Shown: piece by piece, positions 43,929-59,854 of the stretch
Numbering within the stretch: the first letter of the stretch is position 1
How the letters are laid out: each line of letters begins with the position of its first letter
Source: the human T2T-CHM13v2.0 reference genome, Homo sapiens
DNA: 64,000 nucleotides
Reading direction: 5' to 3' (one strand)
Assembly (NCBI RefSeq): GCF_009914755.1
Contig: NC_060939.1
Notes under the pieces: generated by a model
Seen by the model: the letters and a program-made list of their open reading frames with translations, nothing else
What the model was told of the DNA's origin: nothing
Databases searched by the model: none
Made by a program: the position numbers and the translations under genes

Positions 43929-44119
43929 CTACCAAACAACATTTAAGTAATCTACGTTAGATTATAAACATATGCTTAGACTGGGTACATACCAGGCACA
44001 AAATTGAAGCAATTATCTACATAATTGAAATTCGAGGGCTGGGGGATTACCACTCTTCTCACAGTCCATTAGTTGGTTTTGTATGTCCAGAGATTTGGTT
44101 GAGCCTTTTCACTAAACAT

Positions 44120-44330
44120 CTCTTCAGGCCTTTGCACTGCTATTCCCTCAGCCCACTCTTAAACCATGTCACGTATGTCCATCTGAGTAACTCAATCCTG
44201 ACCACCAATCTAGATTCAGCTCAAAGATCACTTCTCCCTGGAGACAGTCCCTGACTTCTATCAATCCCTTTATCCCTGTGTCAAATACCTCTTTGCTTTG
44301 CTCTCCACTAAGGAGCCTCCTTCATCCCAG
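44120..44330 (+). mobile_element. L2 fragment
   Basis: caggcctttgcactgctattccctc...tcagctcaaagatcacttctccctggagacagtccctgac. Confidence 0.65.
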
Positions 44331-44332
44331 TT

Positions 44333-44379
44333 TTGAAGCCAGTGAAGACAGGATTCTTGAAGCCAGTGAAGACAGGATT
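44333..44379 (+). repeat. 24-bp-period tandem duplication
   Basis: TTGAAGCCAGTGAAGACAGGATT at 44333-44355 and 44357-44379. Confidence 0.95.
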
Positions 44380-44644
44380 TGGATCTAGAATTCAGCAGAT
44401 ATAAACATTTTAAACTGTGTGCTAGACCTGTCTGCCAAGGTACCTCCCATGCTCAAGACCCTCTGTGTACCAAAGAGCCACGTTCAGAGCCCCGGGATTA
44501 GCAAAGCAGCTCTAGGCTATTCTTTGCAAAGTAATGGCCACCATTTCAGTCAGCAGTGGGCATCTAACCTACGGTTTGCCCATTGTTGGAGTAGCCTTGA
44601 GATGACAACTTCACCAATAAAACACCTAGAGCAGAAACCACTGA

Positions 44645-44989
<345 letters not shown>

Positions 44990-45139
44990 ATGATTTTTAT
45001 GCAAAATGATTGCTGCCTGAACTTGAGAAAGAAATAACTCCAGAAATGATCCCAAAACACTCTATAGATACTTCCAAATCTCAGGTGTAGCATTACCTAA
45101 ACATAGAAGAAATAAGGGCATATGTCACTATTTCTTTCA

Positions 45140-45700
45140 TTTATTCATGTTTTCATTGATTCAATAATTCATTCAACAAATGCTTATTGAGCCTTCAGGA
45201 GATAATCATAAAAATGACATCATTCTGGCCCTCATGGAACTTACAGTTTAATGGGAGAGATAAATATTATATAATCGCACCAATGAATAGAAAATTGCAT
45301 ACAATAATAAATACACAAAGTAAAAGTAAGAATAAAGTGGAACTTACAGTGAAGCCTTCATATAAACAAGTGCTTCAGCATACAAGGTCTTGCAATAGAA
45401 GCCTGAAGAATGAGGTTATAGATAAAAGTATCAGGAAAAATGAAAACATTTCCAAAAACATGTGGAAAGGTCCAGGAGTAGGAAACAGCTTGGAAGTTAA
45501 AGAAATAATAAACAGGCCAGCATGCTTGGACCACTAGGACCTGGAGATAAAGCAGAACGTGATGAGACATAGGTGAGCAGAGCCACATCACAGAGGGCCT
45601 TGTAGACCACATGCTTAGGTAGGAATTTTGGATGCCACCTTAAGTCTAGTGTAAAGCAATTGAGGGGTTCTAAGCAGGAAAGGCCGATGATAAGACCCAC
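45140..45700 (-). mobile_element. L2 fragment
   Basis: attcattcaacaaatgcttattgagc...ggccctcatggaacttacagtttaatgggaga...agggccttgtagaccacatg...ggaattttggat. Confidence 0.8.
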
Positions 45701-45940
45701 AGCAGCTTAGAGGGTGATAGTGTTGTCTCATTTTGAATAAGAAACCTCAATTTGTTAGGAAAGAAAAATACAACTGTTATATTTTTCCAACACCAACTAA
45801 CCAACCATGCTCTAGGAAAACACTTCACCTTCACTGGGGGAAAGCAAACCCCTCTTCACCCCATGTCTTATGTGAGCCCAACACCAGGCCTGCCAGCATT
45901 GAATGGAGAAGATCTGACACCAGGTATGATATCAAAGGGC

Positions 45941-46222
45941 TTTTTTTTTTTTGAGACAGAGGCTCACTCTGTCACCCAGGCTGGAGTGCAGTGGTCACTG
46001 CAGCCTTTACCCCCTGGGCTCAACTGATCCTCCCACCTCAGCTTCCCGAGTAGCTGGGACCACAGGTGCATGCCACCATGCCCAGCTAATTTTTGTATTT
46101 TTTGTAGAGAGGGGGTTTCGCCGTGTCACCCAGGCTGGTCTCAAACTCCTGAGCTCAAGCCATCCTCCCACCTAGGCCTCCCAAAGTGCTGATATTACAG
46201 GCATTAGCCACCACGTCCGGCC
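45941..46222 (-). mobile_element. Alu (AluJ)
   Basis: Antisense Alu; TSD TCAAAG(G/A)GCTTTT. Confidence 0.96.
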
Positions 46223-46514
46223 TTCAAAGAGCTTTTGAATCAGTTCTGAGAAACATTGACTGCTCTCGTGACGGCAAGCCATCTGCTCAAATGCGATAGC
46301 ACAACTAGAAGATGCTTTACGGGGTCTGCATGAAAAATAGTCAGAGATTGGTTCAAAGAACCCATAAAGTAGTCATGCTGAGCGTCTTGAGATGCTGGCC
46401 TTGACCTCATGACACACTCCTGAGTCACTTTCCTAGACCCACTGATCTGGTTAGGACCCACCCACGCCGAACCACAGCTCCCTGTTAGAGCACGTTGCTG
46501 TCATCGCTCATTAA

Positions 46515-46815
46515 TGGTCTTATCTCCTGCACTCAGCAGTGAGCTCCACAGAACAGGAAGAGCATGCATCTTATTCACCTAATGCCTAATGCCTGATACA
46601 GTGCAGGGCACTTTTAGGTGCTTAGTCATATTGGTGTGTTTCATTTGTGTTATGGTATGCAGCTACGTGTTGTAATTGTTGATTTGATTTTCTATCTCCT
46701 CCTGTGAGTTCTTCGCGAGTATAATCCATGCCTCCATCTTTGCATCTCCACTTTATCAAAGAGGCTGGCTCATAGTTGGCACTTGATTCGGATTGATTAA
46801 TTGATTAGTTAATTA
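46515..46815 (+). mobile_element. Two L2 3' end fragments
   Basis: gtgagctccacagaacagga...cttattcacc...tacagtgc; ctgtgagttcttcg...catctttgcatctcca...ctggctcatagttggcactt. Confidence 0.55.
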
Positions 46816-47004
46816 ACGTATGGATAAAGCAATTAGGTATAAAGGACCTTCCTAAATGCAACCAGCTCTACTTCTCTTTTAGTCAATCACAAGATGCGTA
46901 AAACCACATTGTCTGAGAATCTTGCATATCATCAATATTCATTGGTGAGAGATGCTTTCTTAACGCTGGTGTTTTATGCATTTCTACATGTTATTATACA
47001 CCCC

Positions 47005-47210
47005 AGAAAAGAGTGCATGTAAAACTGCTGAAGCCTGAATAAAGCCTCTAACTGAGTTAACAATATTGAATCAATTTCCTAATGTTTAGAATGTGCTGTG
47101 GTTATGTGAAATGCTGTCTTTGGGGAAAGCCGGGTGAAGGGTACAGGGGATCTCTCCGAATTATTTTTACAACTTCAGTGAGTCCTATATTATTTCAAAA
47201 TAAAATGTGA
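47005..47210 (+). mobile_element. L1MC/L1ME 3' end
   Basis: tgtggttatgtgaaatg...ttggggaaagccgggtgaagggtacaggggatctct...tttttacaactt...tattatttcaaaataaaa. Confidence 0.8.
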
Positions 47211-50200
47211 TAATTTTTAAACACTTTCTGATTTTTATGTTTATACTTTTACATATATTTGCATATATTTCTATAATATCTAAAATGTAGTTGAAATGTC
47301 ACAAATAATAATTAAATGATGTTATCATATATTACACTAGCATACAGGAAAGAAAATGCCCTAATTTGGGGCACTATTCTTTTTGTCTGGCTAGGTTGGC
47401 ATTTAAAATATGCTAGGAGAGGAAGGAGATGCATTACTTTTGCCTGATTCAAGCATATTTTCGAAATGATGTTTTCATAAACAAAGTGCCAACAGCTATG
47501 ATCTTATCTTCTCTCTTCTTTTTATCCTAATTCAGGTCAATAACAAGTATTTCTGCTCTCTTCTGCAGATTCTAGGTTTTGGAAGAGAGGATGCAATTAT
47601 GAGCAACGGGGAACTGTTAGTGAAAAATTCACCAAGAAGTCAGAGAGTGCCTTTAAACTTCTTTCTACCCAGTGTTGTCCTATTAAGAAAATAATGTCAG
47701 TTTCAGAGAGTGATGTTTTAAATAAATAAGGCTAGCGTTTACAGTAGCGCTGGAGTTTTAAATTACATGTTCAAGATCCCATTGTTGGTTACATGGATAA
47801 CAATGTAGGTGATCACATCTAAACTCTGAAACATGGTAGGCAATTCTTCTACTACCTGAGAGATCTGAAAGCCACCAACAAAAAAATCCATACGGCAGAT
47901 TAAGGTAAAATTTCAATATGTCTTAAACTGCTTAAACATGTAAGTTCAACCCCCACCCCCCCAAAAAAAACACTCTTTTAGCATAAAGAGCTGCAGTTTC
48001 CAATCCTATTCAATTAATTAGTTTCCTGTAGTCAATCAAATGAAAATTCTGAAATAGCCTGTAGATGTCATAAACCTAAAGTCAAATTCAAAGATGAATG
48101 ACATTCTCCCACACGCTTCCTTCTTTTTCTGGAAACTGCAAACTCATTAGTAGGTACATCTAAGAAGTATACCTGCCCAGAAGTCCCTGTAGTTTTGTGA
48201 TAACCTATGTAAAATAAGTTCGGCTCAAGGTATGGCATGGTAGCTTCATCCTACAGACCCACCGGTTTATCCCGGAGAGATTCTGAAGGACAAAGTAAAA
48301 TAACCAGGTGCAGGAAAAGAGTGCCTCTCTGCTTGCTAAAGCTCATTAGAGAAGGGCATCCATCTTTAGTCCTTCAGGATAATATCCATGAGCTGTAAAA
48401 ATAGAGTTTTACTTAGTAAAGGAAGGGGAGAATAAATGCAAGAATGTTCTTAGGATCTGGCGTATTGAATCATGAATCAAAGAAGAAGAAACTATAATTA
48501 CCTCTCGTTCCATCGAACAGAGAAATTTCTTCCACACGATCTTTTGTGTGGCAAGGATAAAGCTTCATTCCAGAGAAAATCCAGTTAAAATATCCCAAAA
48601 GAAATAAAATACAAGATCCTGCAGCTCTTTAATGCTTGCTACTGGCCAAATCCTGCAATTAGAATCAGTCACTTTAAGTGCTGAAGTCGTACAACGCTAA
48701 TAGATCACTTTCTAAAGTGAGCAGTTTTTTAAAGTTGTATTTAATTTTCCATCATTACAGTACTGAATGCCAGTTGTGTCTGTCCATTCTGATATAGGTT
48801 CTTAAATCTCCAAAGGGTACAGACTACTGCTTGCCTAGGCATTGCTTAATTCTGGCTTTAATTCTCAGAGACCTGAATTAGAGCTGTAAAATGGAATGTA
48901 TTTCAACTTTTTCCCTAAATGTGTTTATTTTTATTTTCAAACCAAATGATTAGGGCTCCTTTTTATTTCATAATTATTTTATTTCAAAAAAATAGAAATT
49001 GAGGTGAGGTGTGTATGTCTGAATGTGTGTGTGCACATGCACATGTGTGTGTGGTTTTAAGAAAATGAAATGAACCAGAAAATAAGCCCTTAGCAGTAAC
49101 CTAAGAAATAAAACAAAATCATTTACAACACATGGGATTGTTGCAGGATATGTCAAGATTAGATGGTTTTAAGGGAGCTATCCTGAATGTGGAAGCAATT
49201 ATAATGAAATTCATGACTCATTAGCAAACATTCCATATTGTGTTTCTCATTTCTGGGTCAATGTTACTAGAAAATATAGACTTAAGATTTAGATGTTTCA
49301 TTGACTTCAATGCCAGATTATAGATAGTTGGGTTGTACAATGACATAAAGCAAAGACTCCAGGATTTTGAAGTTCTTCACTTCTCAGATATAGGCAATTT
49401 GGTCTTAAGATACCTATGAGCAAAGTAACTTCAAAAATGTATTGGTAAGAATTAAGTTGGTGATAGAAGGGTTGTCTGTAAATGTAAAGAATTACCTGGT
49501 GCAAATGCATACGGGTGGATGTCGGTGGGGATTTTGCGTGCACACTGCTTGGTATGCAATATGGCTGGTGAACTCAAGTACCCAATACTGTACGTAATGG
49601 GAACCAGATGTCTAACAGAGAGAGAAAAATATTTTATAGCAATAAATGTGACATTGACTCTTAAAGGGTTTGCTGTTTTTAAACAACTTCCCAGTCTTAC
49701 TTTCCCTCATATTTTAATGTAGTTTAAAGTAGATTGTGTAAGGAAATTATTTTCACATTTTAAAAGAAAAAGCATTTAACTTGCCACTAACTTATAAAAT
49801 GCAGACATAAGGAGAAATGATCTGAATAAGATAATTTTGGAATTCATTCATTTACAAAAGCACTATGCTCAGCAATGTAAAAACTAAAAAAAATATTAAG
49901 GCAAATAAAGCATAATTCCTCCTGCCCTTAAGGAACTCAAAACATGCTAGATATGATAAGATGCACATAACTGGATGGGGACATGGCAGAAGCAAACCCT
50001 AGGAAAGACGCCCAGAGTGCTCCGAGAATTCCAAGAAGGAAAAGAAAAGGCGATGCGATGGCCAGCAGGTTCCATGAAGGAGGGTCCCGCTGGTCCATCC
50101 TGTATCCTGTTCAACATCTCCCCCATCCACCCCGTCCTCTTCACGTCACTAGGCCACCTTGGTGAAGGCCCTCCTGCTCTCTGGCCAATGCAGGGGTCTC

Positions 50201-50344
50201 CAGTAGCTCGGCAGCTTTGCTCTCTCAGTGTCCCCACACTCACACTCCATGCAACCCTGACTTTGCTGCCAGGGTAGTTGTTCAGAAGCACTAATCCAGC
50301 TGGGAAGTGGGGTGCCCCGATGATTAGATTGCAAGCTCTGTAAT

Positions 50345-50560
50345 GAAGCTTGGGGTTCACTTCCTGCTTTGATGTTTATTGGTTGTGACCTTGGAGAAGT
50401 CACTTAACCTATCTCCCTCGATCTGCTTTTTTTGCCTCTGTAACAGCACATGTATTATATGCTTGGAGTCAGGATTTCACGAGCTGCTGCACACCATGTG
50501 CTTTCCACAGCATCAGCATGGAGTCGGGGCACTGTTGGAAACTCTTTTAGCTGTTATCTG
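50345..50560 (+). mobile_element. MIR
   Basis: ttgtgaccttggagaagtcacttaacctatct...ctctgtaa. Confidence 0.75.
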
Positions 50561-50577
50561 ATCAGTCATCCAATCCA

Positions 50578-50875
50578 GTTTGTTTGTTTGTTTGAGACAG
50601 AGTCTCACTCTGTTGCCCAGGTTGGAGTGCAGTGGCGCGATCTCGGCTCACTGCAACTTCTGCCTCCCAGATTAAAGCAATTCTTCTGCCTCAGCCTCCC
50701 TCGCAGCCGGAACTACAGGTGCCCGCTACCATGCTCAGATAATGTTTGTATTTTTAGTAGAGAAGGGGTTTCGCCATGTTGGCCAGGCTGGTCTCGAACT
50801 CCTGACCTCAAGTGATCCACCAAACTTAGCCTCCCAAAGTGCTAGGATTACAGGCATGAGCCACCACACCGGGCC
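50578..50875 (-). mobile_element. Alu (AluS)
   Basis: Full antisense Alu; TSD AATC(C/T)AGTTT. Confidence 0.96.
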
Positions 50876-50879
50876 GAAT

Positions 50880-51185
50880 CTAGTTTTTACAGAGCAAAAT
50901 CCAAAGCCTCTATTTCGGTATGCGAGACTGCTCGTGAGCTGGCACTTGCATATTTCTCCAATTCTTTCTCTTGATCCCTTCCATTAAATACTCAACTTTC
51001 TTGCTATCCTTGTCAGCTTGTCTTTGTCCAAGCAGGCCTTCTGTGCCCAAGCCCCATGCCTCTGCACATGCTGTTGCCCCTGCCTTAGGTGCTCCACCTC
51101 CCTTCTTCCTCTCTACTTTGCAAATTTCTGCTTACCCTGCAGGTCTCCCCTCTAGCAGATCTTTCTGATCTTCCCTGATATCCTG
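50880..51185 (+). mobile_element. L2 fragment
   Basis: gcctctgcacatgctgttgcccctgcctt...tctcccctctagcagatctttctga. Confidence 0.65.
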
Positions 51186-51211
51186 TGAAAGAACAAGAGC
51201 CTCCTTCCACT

Positions 51212-51890
<679 letters not shown>

Positions 51891-52412
51891 TTGGCTCATG
51901 GAATGCCTTATTCTGGGATTTCCTTGCAGGTGCACACCACCAATCTGGCAAATTTAACTTTGCCCTCTAATTGTTTGCACATCTACTTCCCCAACAAACG
52001 ATGCTCTTGAGGATAAGGATCATGTAGGGTTACCTTTGTCTTCCCAAGTTGCCTAGCACAGTGGGTGGCTCAAAGAAGCATCTCACTAAATTTCATGTGG
52101 ATATTTTCCAGAGCCTTGAAGCCGGGGAAGGGTCTGCTGATGGCAGGTCATTCCAGGCACATTAAAAGATAAAGATATTCCAAATGTCCCCGTTTCTAGA
52201 AAGGAATGATTTTACAGATACTGTAAGCCTTAGTCTACATTTGACTTCCTCAGGACCATCTGGAACTCTTCCTATGATGGCTGCAAAGTCCACTCCATCA
52301 CTGGCAACACTCCAGCCAGCTCTCAAAATATAAATCTAATCCATAAATCTAGGCTATATATAAACTTAATCTATACCTGACAAGTAAGTGAATACCTAAA
52401 TGAATTAATTAA

Positions 52413-52907
<495 letters not shown>

Positions 52908-53040
52908 TCCTAGTGTATGTTTTTTAAAAAATTTTATGTCCATAATCTTTGATCCAATAATGCAACTTCTTGGCATTTTTCTCAAAGAATAATCATGTGC
53001 AAATATTTGACTGTAAGGATGTTCACTGCCATTCTGTTTA

Positions 53041-53544
<504 letters not shown>

Positions 53545-53609
53545 TCATGATTATAAATAATGAGAGGTGAAATCTACTGACCCCTCACTTATATGACAGA
53601 AAATGTGCT

Positions 53610-53780
53610 GTGAACTTTAAGAATCATTACATCATTTAACCTTATTGTTGTGCCTATCTTACAGAGGAGGGAACTGAGGCATAGGGTGTTTAAATAATTT
53701 GCCCAAATCACATAGCCAACAATGTCAGGGCAGGGCATTGGAACTCAGTACTCTTTAACACCAGAGCTCAAGCTTCTCCC
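53610..53780 (-). mobile_element. MIR
   Basis: ttacagaggagggaactgaggcatagggtgtttaaataatttgcccaaatcacatagcc. Confidence 0.8.
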
Positions 53781-54175
53781 GCAAATTGCACTTCTCCCAT
53801 CAATATTGAGACATCCACAATAGTCACTGTGCAGCCATGAAAATTATAATCTAGGAGGACATATGATGACTCAGAAAAAAACGATGATGTATTTTTCAGT
53901 GACCAAAGCCTGTGCCTGTCATTCTGCACAGGCATTGTTAGATGAAAATATCAGAATCCCATAGACACTGCTCCATTAAAGACGAATATTAGGTAAGGAT
54001 GCAAGGCGATTCCACAAAATTCCCTGCAGGGATCAGTGCCAGGATACAAGGAGTCTCTGCCCCTAGAACTCCGCCATCTCTTCCTCTGCTTCTTACTGTC
54101 TCCTCTACTCATCTCTTGCAAACCACCTTCTCCACTAAAGCTTTAGCTTTCGAGGTACAAATTCTAATCCCGTGT

Positions 54176-54529
54176 TGATACGGCTTGGCTGTGTCCCAAC
54201 CCAAATCTCACCTTGAATTGTAATAATCCCCATGTGTCAAGGGAGGGGCCAGGTGGAGACAATTGAATCATAGGGGTGGTCTCCCCCATACTGTTCTCCT
54301 GATAGTGAATAAGTCTCGTGAGTTCTGATGGTTTTATAAAGGGGACTTCCCCTGCACAAACTCTCTTGCCTGCTGCCATGTAAGACATGCCTTTGCTTCC
54401 CCTTTACCTTCTGCCATAATTGAGGCCTCCCCAGCCATATGGAACTGTGAGTCCATTAAACCTCTTTCCTTGACAGATTACCCAGTCTCGGGTATGTCTT
54501 TATTAGCAGCATGAGAATAGACTAATACA
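54176..54529 (+). mobile_element. THE1 (MaLR) solo LTR
   Basis: Begins TGATACGGCTTGGCTGTGTCCC, ends GAATAGACTAATACA; canonical THE1 internal sequence; 354 bp. Confidence 0.95.
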
Positions 54530-54700
54530 TATGCCAATGTGCTGCATACAATCTAATTTAATCCCAGGGAAAGAGCAGGGACTAGCCCAGCTGGGCCAGA
54601 TGTCCACACCTGTTCCAATCAGCTGGGGCCAGGGAATAGAATTCTGTAGAACTGGTTCAGTAAAATAGGAAGTAGCTCAGACGGAAGCACTGACCATCTA
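54530..54700. mobile_element. Old MLT1-like LTR remnant, probable host of the THE1 insertion
   Basis: gcccagctgggccagatgtccacacctgttccaatcagctggggccaggg. Confidence 0.5.
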
Positions 54701-54921
54701 AGTGGTGATGCTACATTTTTGGATATAAAAACCATAATTAGAAAGAAAAAAGATGAGAAAGGCCCACATCAAGTTGTTAACAATGTTTCTGTCTACAGTA
54801 TTTGTTTTCTTATTTTTGCTTGTCTCTGTGTTCTAAATTTTCTAAAGTGGACATATATCACTTTATACTAAGAGGATAAAAGAGACCCAGCCTACATGGG
54901 AATTAAAAATGAATGTCCCCT

Positions 54922-55320
54922 GGCCAGGCACAGTGGCTCATGCCTGTCATCCCAGCATGTTGGGAGGCCAAGGCAGGCATCCGCTTGAGGCCAGGAGTTT
55001 GAGACCAGCTTGGCCAACATGACTAAAAATGTTTATATTTTTAGTAGAAAAAATACAAAATTTTTAGAATTCAGTAGAATAATACAAGAATTTTTTGTAG
55101 AAAAATTTAGTAGAAAAATACAAAATTTTTCCACTAAAAATACAAAAATTAGCTCAGTGTCATGGCACAAGCCTGTAATCCCAGCTACTCAGGAGGCTGA
55201 GGCACAAGAATCGCTTGAACCCGGAAGGCAGAGGTTGCAATAAGCTGAGAATGCACCACTGCACTCCAACTGGGGCAACAGAGCAAGACTCCATCTCAAA
55301 ACAAAACAAAACAGAAACAA
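54922..55320 (+). mobile_element. Alu with rearranged, expanded central linker
   Basis: Normal arms; ~110 bp patchwork at 55022-55132; TSD GAATGTCCC. Confidence 0.95.
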
Positions 55321-55791
55321 AGAATGTCCCAAGTGGGTGCTATTAGGAGACTAAAGGCCCAAATCAAGATTAAAAGTAATTTCAGCAATGATGGAATATA
55401 GTAAATGCTTACCAAAGAAAGGTTAGCAGCTGAACCGCAAACCCCACCTGACAGCCCTTGGATTGGAGCAAGCTTCATCATGAAGATCTCAAAGCTGTAT
55501 CTGGTGGAGATGCCGGGCATTGTGGCACCAGGGCCCACTGTCCCATGACACTGTGCTGGACAACTGGCTCCTGGGATAAGACAAGTCAGAGCAGAGAAGG
55601 GCGTGAGTCACGTGGAATATAAGATAGGATTTGAGGAGGCAAGAGACAGTGGCCATAAAGAAGGAAAACAAGATGAATATGTATATTGCAAGCAGTTGAC
55701 TGAGGAATGAGACAAGGGCAGAGAGAAGTTCACTGGTCTGAAAACTGGCAATGGAGTAGCAAGTATGTAGGGAAGGAGAAGGGGAGGTGAA

Positions 55792-56102
<311 letters not shown>

Positions 56103-56589
56103 CGAATCTTTTTCATGCACAGAAAGGATAAAGTCACAGCAGAAGAACAAAAAAGGCAAGGTTTTTGGACCATTGCAGAATGATGTAATTGAAATAAAGG
56201 ACAATTGGTCATACCAAGGCGGGGCAGAGGAGGATAAATAAATCATTGAGCACAGACATAGAAGTTTGAATAAGGCGAGTAAGCACCCCCACTCCAGAGT
56301 AAGGGAACCTTGGCCACTGCTGTCCTATTTGCCTTCAATGCTCTCCAAATGATCAGTGGCCACAGGCCTTCCGAAGTACACTCTGCCTGTGACCTACACG
56401 AATGCGAGTGTTCATCTTGTATCCCACTTGGTACCCATTCTTCTATCACCTCACTCACCTGGTGAATGGGTACTTATTTTATTACTTTTCACAGAATACT
56501 TAATTGACTTTGATAGCTTCAACGAGATTGGAGATTGGAAGCTCCTGGAGATGAGAGGCTGGGAGTAGCTGACACCATGATTGGACACT

Positions 56590-57432
<843 letters not shown>

Positions 57433-57571
57433 AGATATAGTTGGTTCTCAATACGTTTCTATTAAATTTCATCCAATAGCAGATAAGAGACGGCAACATT
57501 GTCTCTTGATCTTTTTCTCCCTTTTTGTCTAACTCCTTGCTCTTTTGTTCCTTGGTCAGTCTCTCCTTATA

Positions 57572-57575
<4 letters not shown>

Positions 57576-57602
<27 letters not shown>

Positions 57603-57625
57603 ACTTTTTCTCTCTCTCTCTCTCT
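57576..57625 (+). repeat. (CT)n microsatellite
   Basis: Direct reading. Confidence 0.9.
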
Positions 57626-57879
57626 GCAAATTCAGAATTCTCCCCTTCTTTTGCGGCCATGGAAGCTGGAGAAAACAGATCTTCCATCCAGATAGCCAGG
57701 GCTCTCTCTCTATCTATAAAAGGCCTCTGTTTTCTCTCTTTTGGCATAAAGAAACTCAATTCCTTTGTTTTTAACTGCTCCCATTTCTCTGTTCTGTACT
57801 GACTTGATTCCTCCTTCCTGAATGATCTTTGAGTCTTCTGTGTACTTTTTAGGTTGTAAAACAAAGAACAAGACACCCT

Positions 57880-58790
57880 ACCCCAGCGATGATCTTGGCT
57901 ATAACATTACCCTCATCTGGAAAGCGCTGTTATTTTTGGCCACCTTCGGATCTTCGTGTAGCTGTTCCACCCCTCTGCTGCAGGAGCTCCGACTCACTTC
58001 CCCAGGCAGTCCAGGGGGTCTGTAGACAGCAGCTGCATGAGGAGCTTGAGTGGGAAGACAGCAAGCCGGGTGGTCAGAAGAATCTCTGTGAGGATGCGGC
58101 TTCAAATGAAGCAGTGTGGGCGGGAATGCATGAACCCTGTGGCCTGGAGGCTGCCTGGCTCGCCTTACCCAGAGAAGGAGTGACTCATAGAATGGTCGCT
58201 GAGCAGCTGATCAAGTATGGAGGCTGAGGGAGACCCAGAAACTGGACCGGAAATCTTCCCCCACCCCCAATGTGAAAGGACGTCTGTTCCATCTGCGTTG
58301 CCCCTCAGAGGTGGCCTGACCACTGCCTGAGAGTGTCACCCTGGGGCAAGCCTAGGTGGGCACGCGTCGACCGCTTCACACCCTTGCTCAAACACACAGC
58401 ATCGTGCATGAGCACAGAGCTGCTTGACAGAAAGAGGAAGAAGCCAGCCCCCAGGAATGGCAAACACGTTGCGAAAAGGACCGCGTGCAGGGTTGGCCGG
58501 GTGCACTGGCAGCAGCCAGGCAATATCATCTCAGGTCAAGGAGAAAGCCCCATGGCCAAAAATAGCCGCGCTGCCCAGTTGCCACAGTGTCTAAAATTAC
58601 ACCATTGGAGATTTATTCCTTTGCGCACCTCACCTTTGCTGGGGGCGGGTCCGGGGAGGACCCACGAAATGTCTTCACATTAAGGTGCAAAAGGCCTGGC
58701 AGCTCCACAGAGTTATTTGGGGGCGGGAAAGGAGGGAGGTGTTGAAAGGGCAGGAACAAGGAGAGGAAGTGCTGGGAAGGGACAGCGCTG
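57880..58790. promoter_or_regulatory. GC/CpG-enriched candidate promoter or enhancer
   Basis: Higher GC and CpG than flanks; AP-1 TGACTCA at 58181, ETS ACCGGAAAT at 58246, GC boxes GGGGGCGGG at 58641 and 58718. Confidence 0.5.
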
Positions 58791-59599
58791 GGCAGCTTCT
58801 CCTATTTCAGAGTTTCACCCTGAAGGAGCCTAGCTGGCAGCTACATCATAAAACTGAGGCCTAAGCAATTTGCCAGTAAATTTGAACCATGCATGTAAAC
58901 AATTCTAATAATTTATTCCTTGAAATGTTTCCTATCATATATTATTATGCAGAGCTGCACATGCTCTATTTCAAATTGCCTAAACGAAAAAAAAAACGTA
59001 CATTAAGGGACAATTAAAAAGAATAACAAGAGGCAACATGAGGAAACAGTGTATGCATATGCCAGTCAGGCTGGAACACAGAGGGAAGCCGAAGGCAGCC
59101 AGGCAGCCCGTTGCAACCAAAGGCTTGATTTCTGGGGCAAGATTCCCTCGGAAATTCAGGCAAGGACTGTCTTTATACGTAGAAGTTTCGGTAACTTGAC
59201 CCCAGCAGATTAAGCAGTAAACAAAATAAAAGCAGACAATCACTATTCGAAAGCCACATCCAGTCCGCTGCATCAATACACAACAGCTCCACTGTAAAAG
59301 TTCCTAAGACATAGATAAGAATTTCAGAAAGGTATGTCCACCCTGCTTGAGCCACCTCCGGGACAGAAAGCTAAGTCCCATGGATGCCCTGGTGGGCTTT
59401 AGGCAGGGGCAGGGATAAACTAGGGAATGGAAGGAAGCAGAACATGAGGAAGGGAACGAGGGAAAAATGAAAGAGCAGAGCCTGACACTGGGAACAGCTG
59501 GTTCCCTCAAGAATAACCACACCTCTACACCATTTGGCAGTTTAAAAAGAACTTCCACGTTAACTTTGCCTTCAAACCTCCAACTCCCATGAAGGAAGA

Positions 59600-59750
59600 A
59601 AGTTTACTCTCATTTTTATAAAGGAGGGTTCTGTGGATGAGAGCAATTAGGTAACTTGCCCAAGGACACACAGCTGGTAAGCTGGGGACCATGGTCAGGT
59701 CTTGAAACCCAGTCTAACTAACTACAGCCCCTGCTTTGTTTATTCCCACA
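59600..59750 (-). mobile_element. MIR
   Basis: ttaggtaacttgcccaaggacacacagctggtaag...ttgaaacccagtct. Confidence 0.8.
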
Positions 59751-59854
59751 GTGTTGGGAGTTACAGAACACGGGGATTCAAGAAATGATCCCCCTGAATC
59801 CACTGAGTAAATTCCTGGTGATTTTAGTAACTAAGGCTTTCCTTCTCAACCTTA

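Noticed and set aside
57889-58683. 112- and 116-aa ORFs
   Set aside because: Expected in a GC-richer patch with few stop codons; no homology recognised
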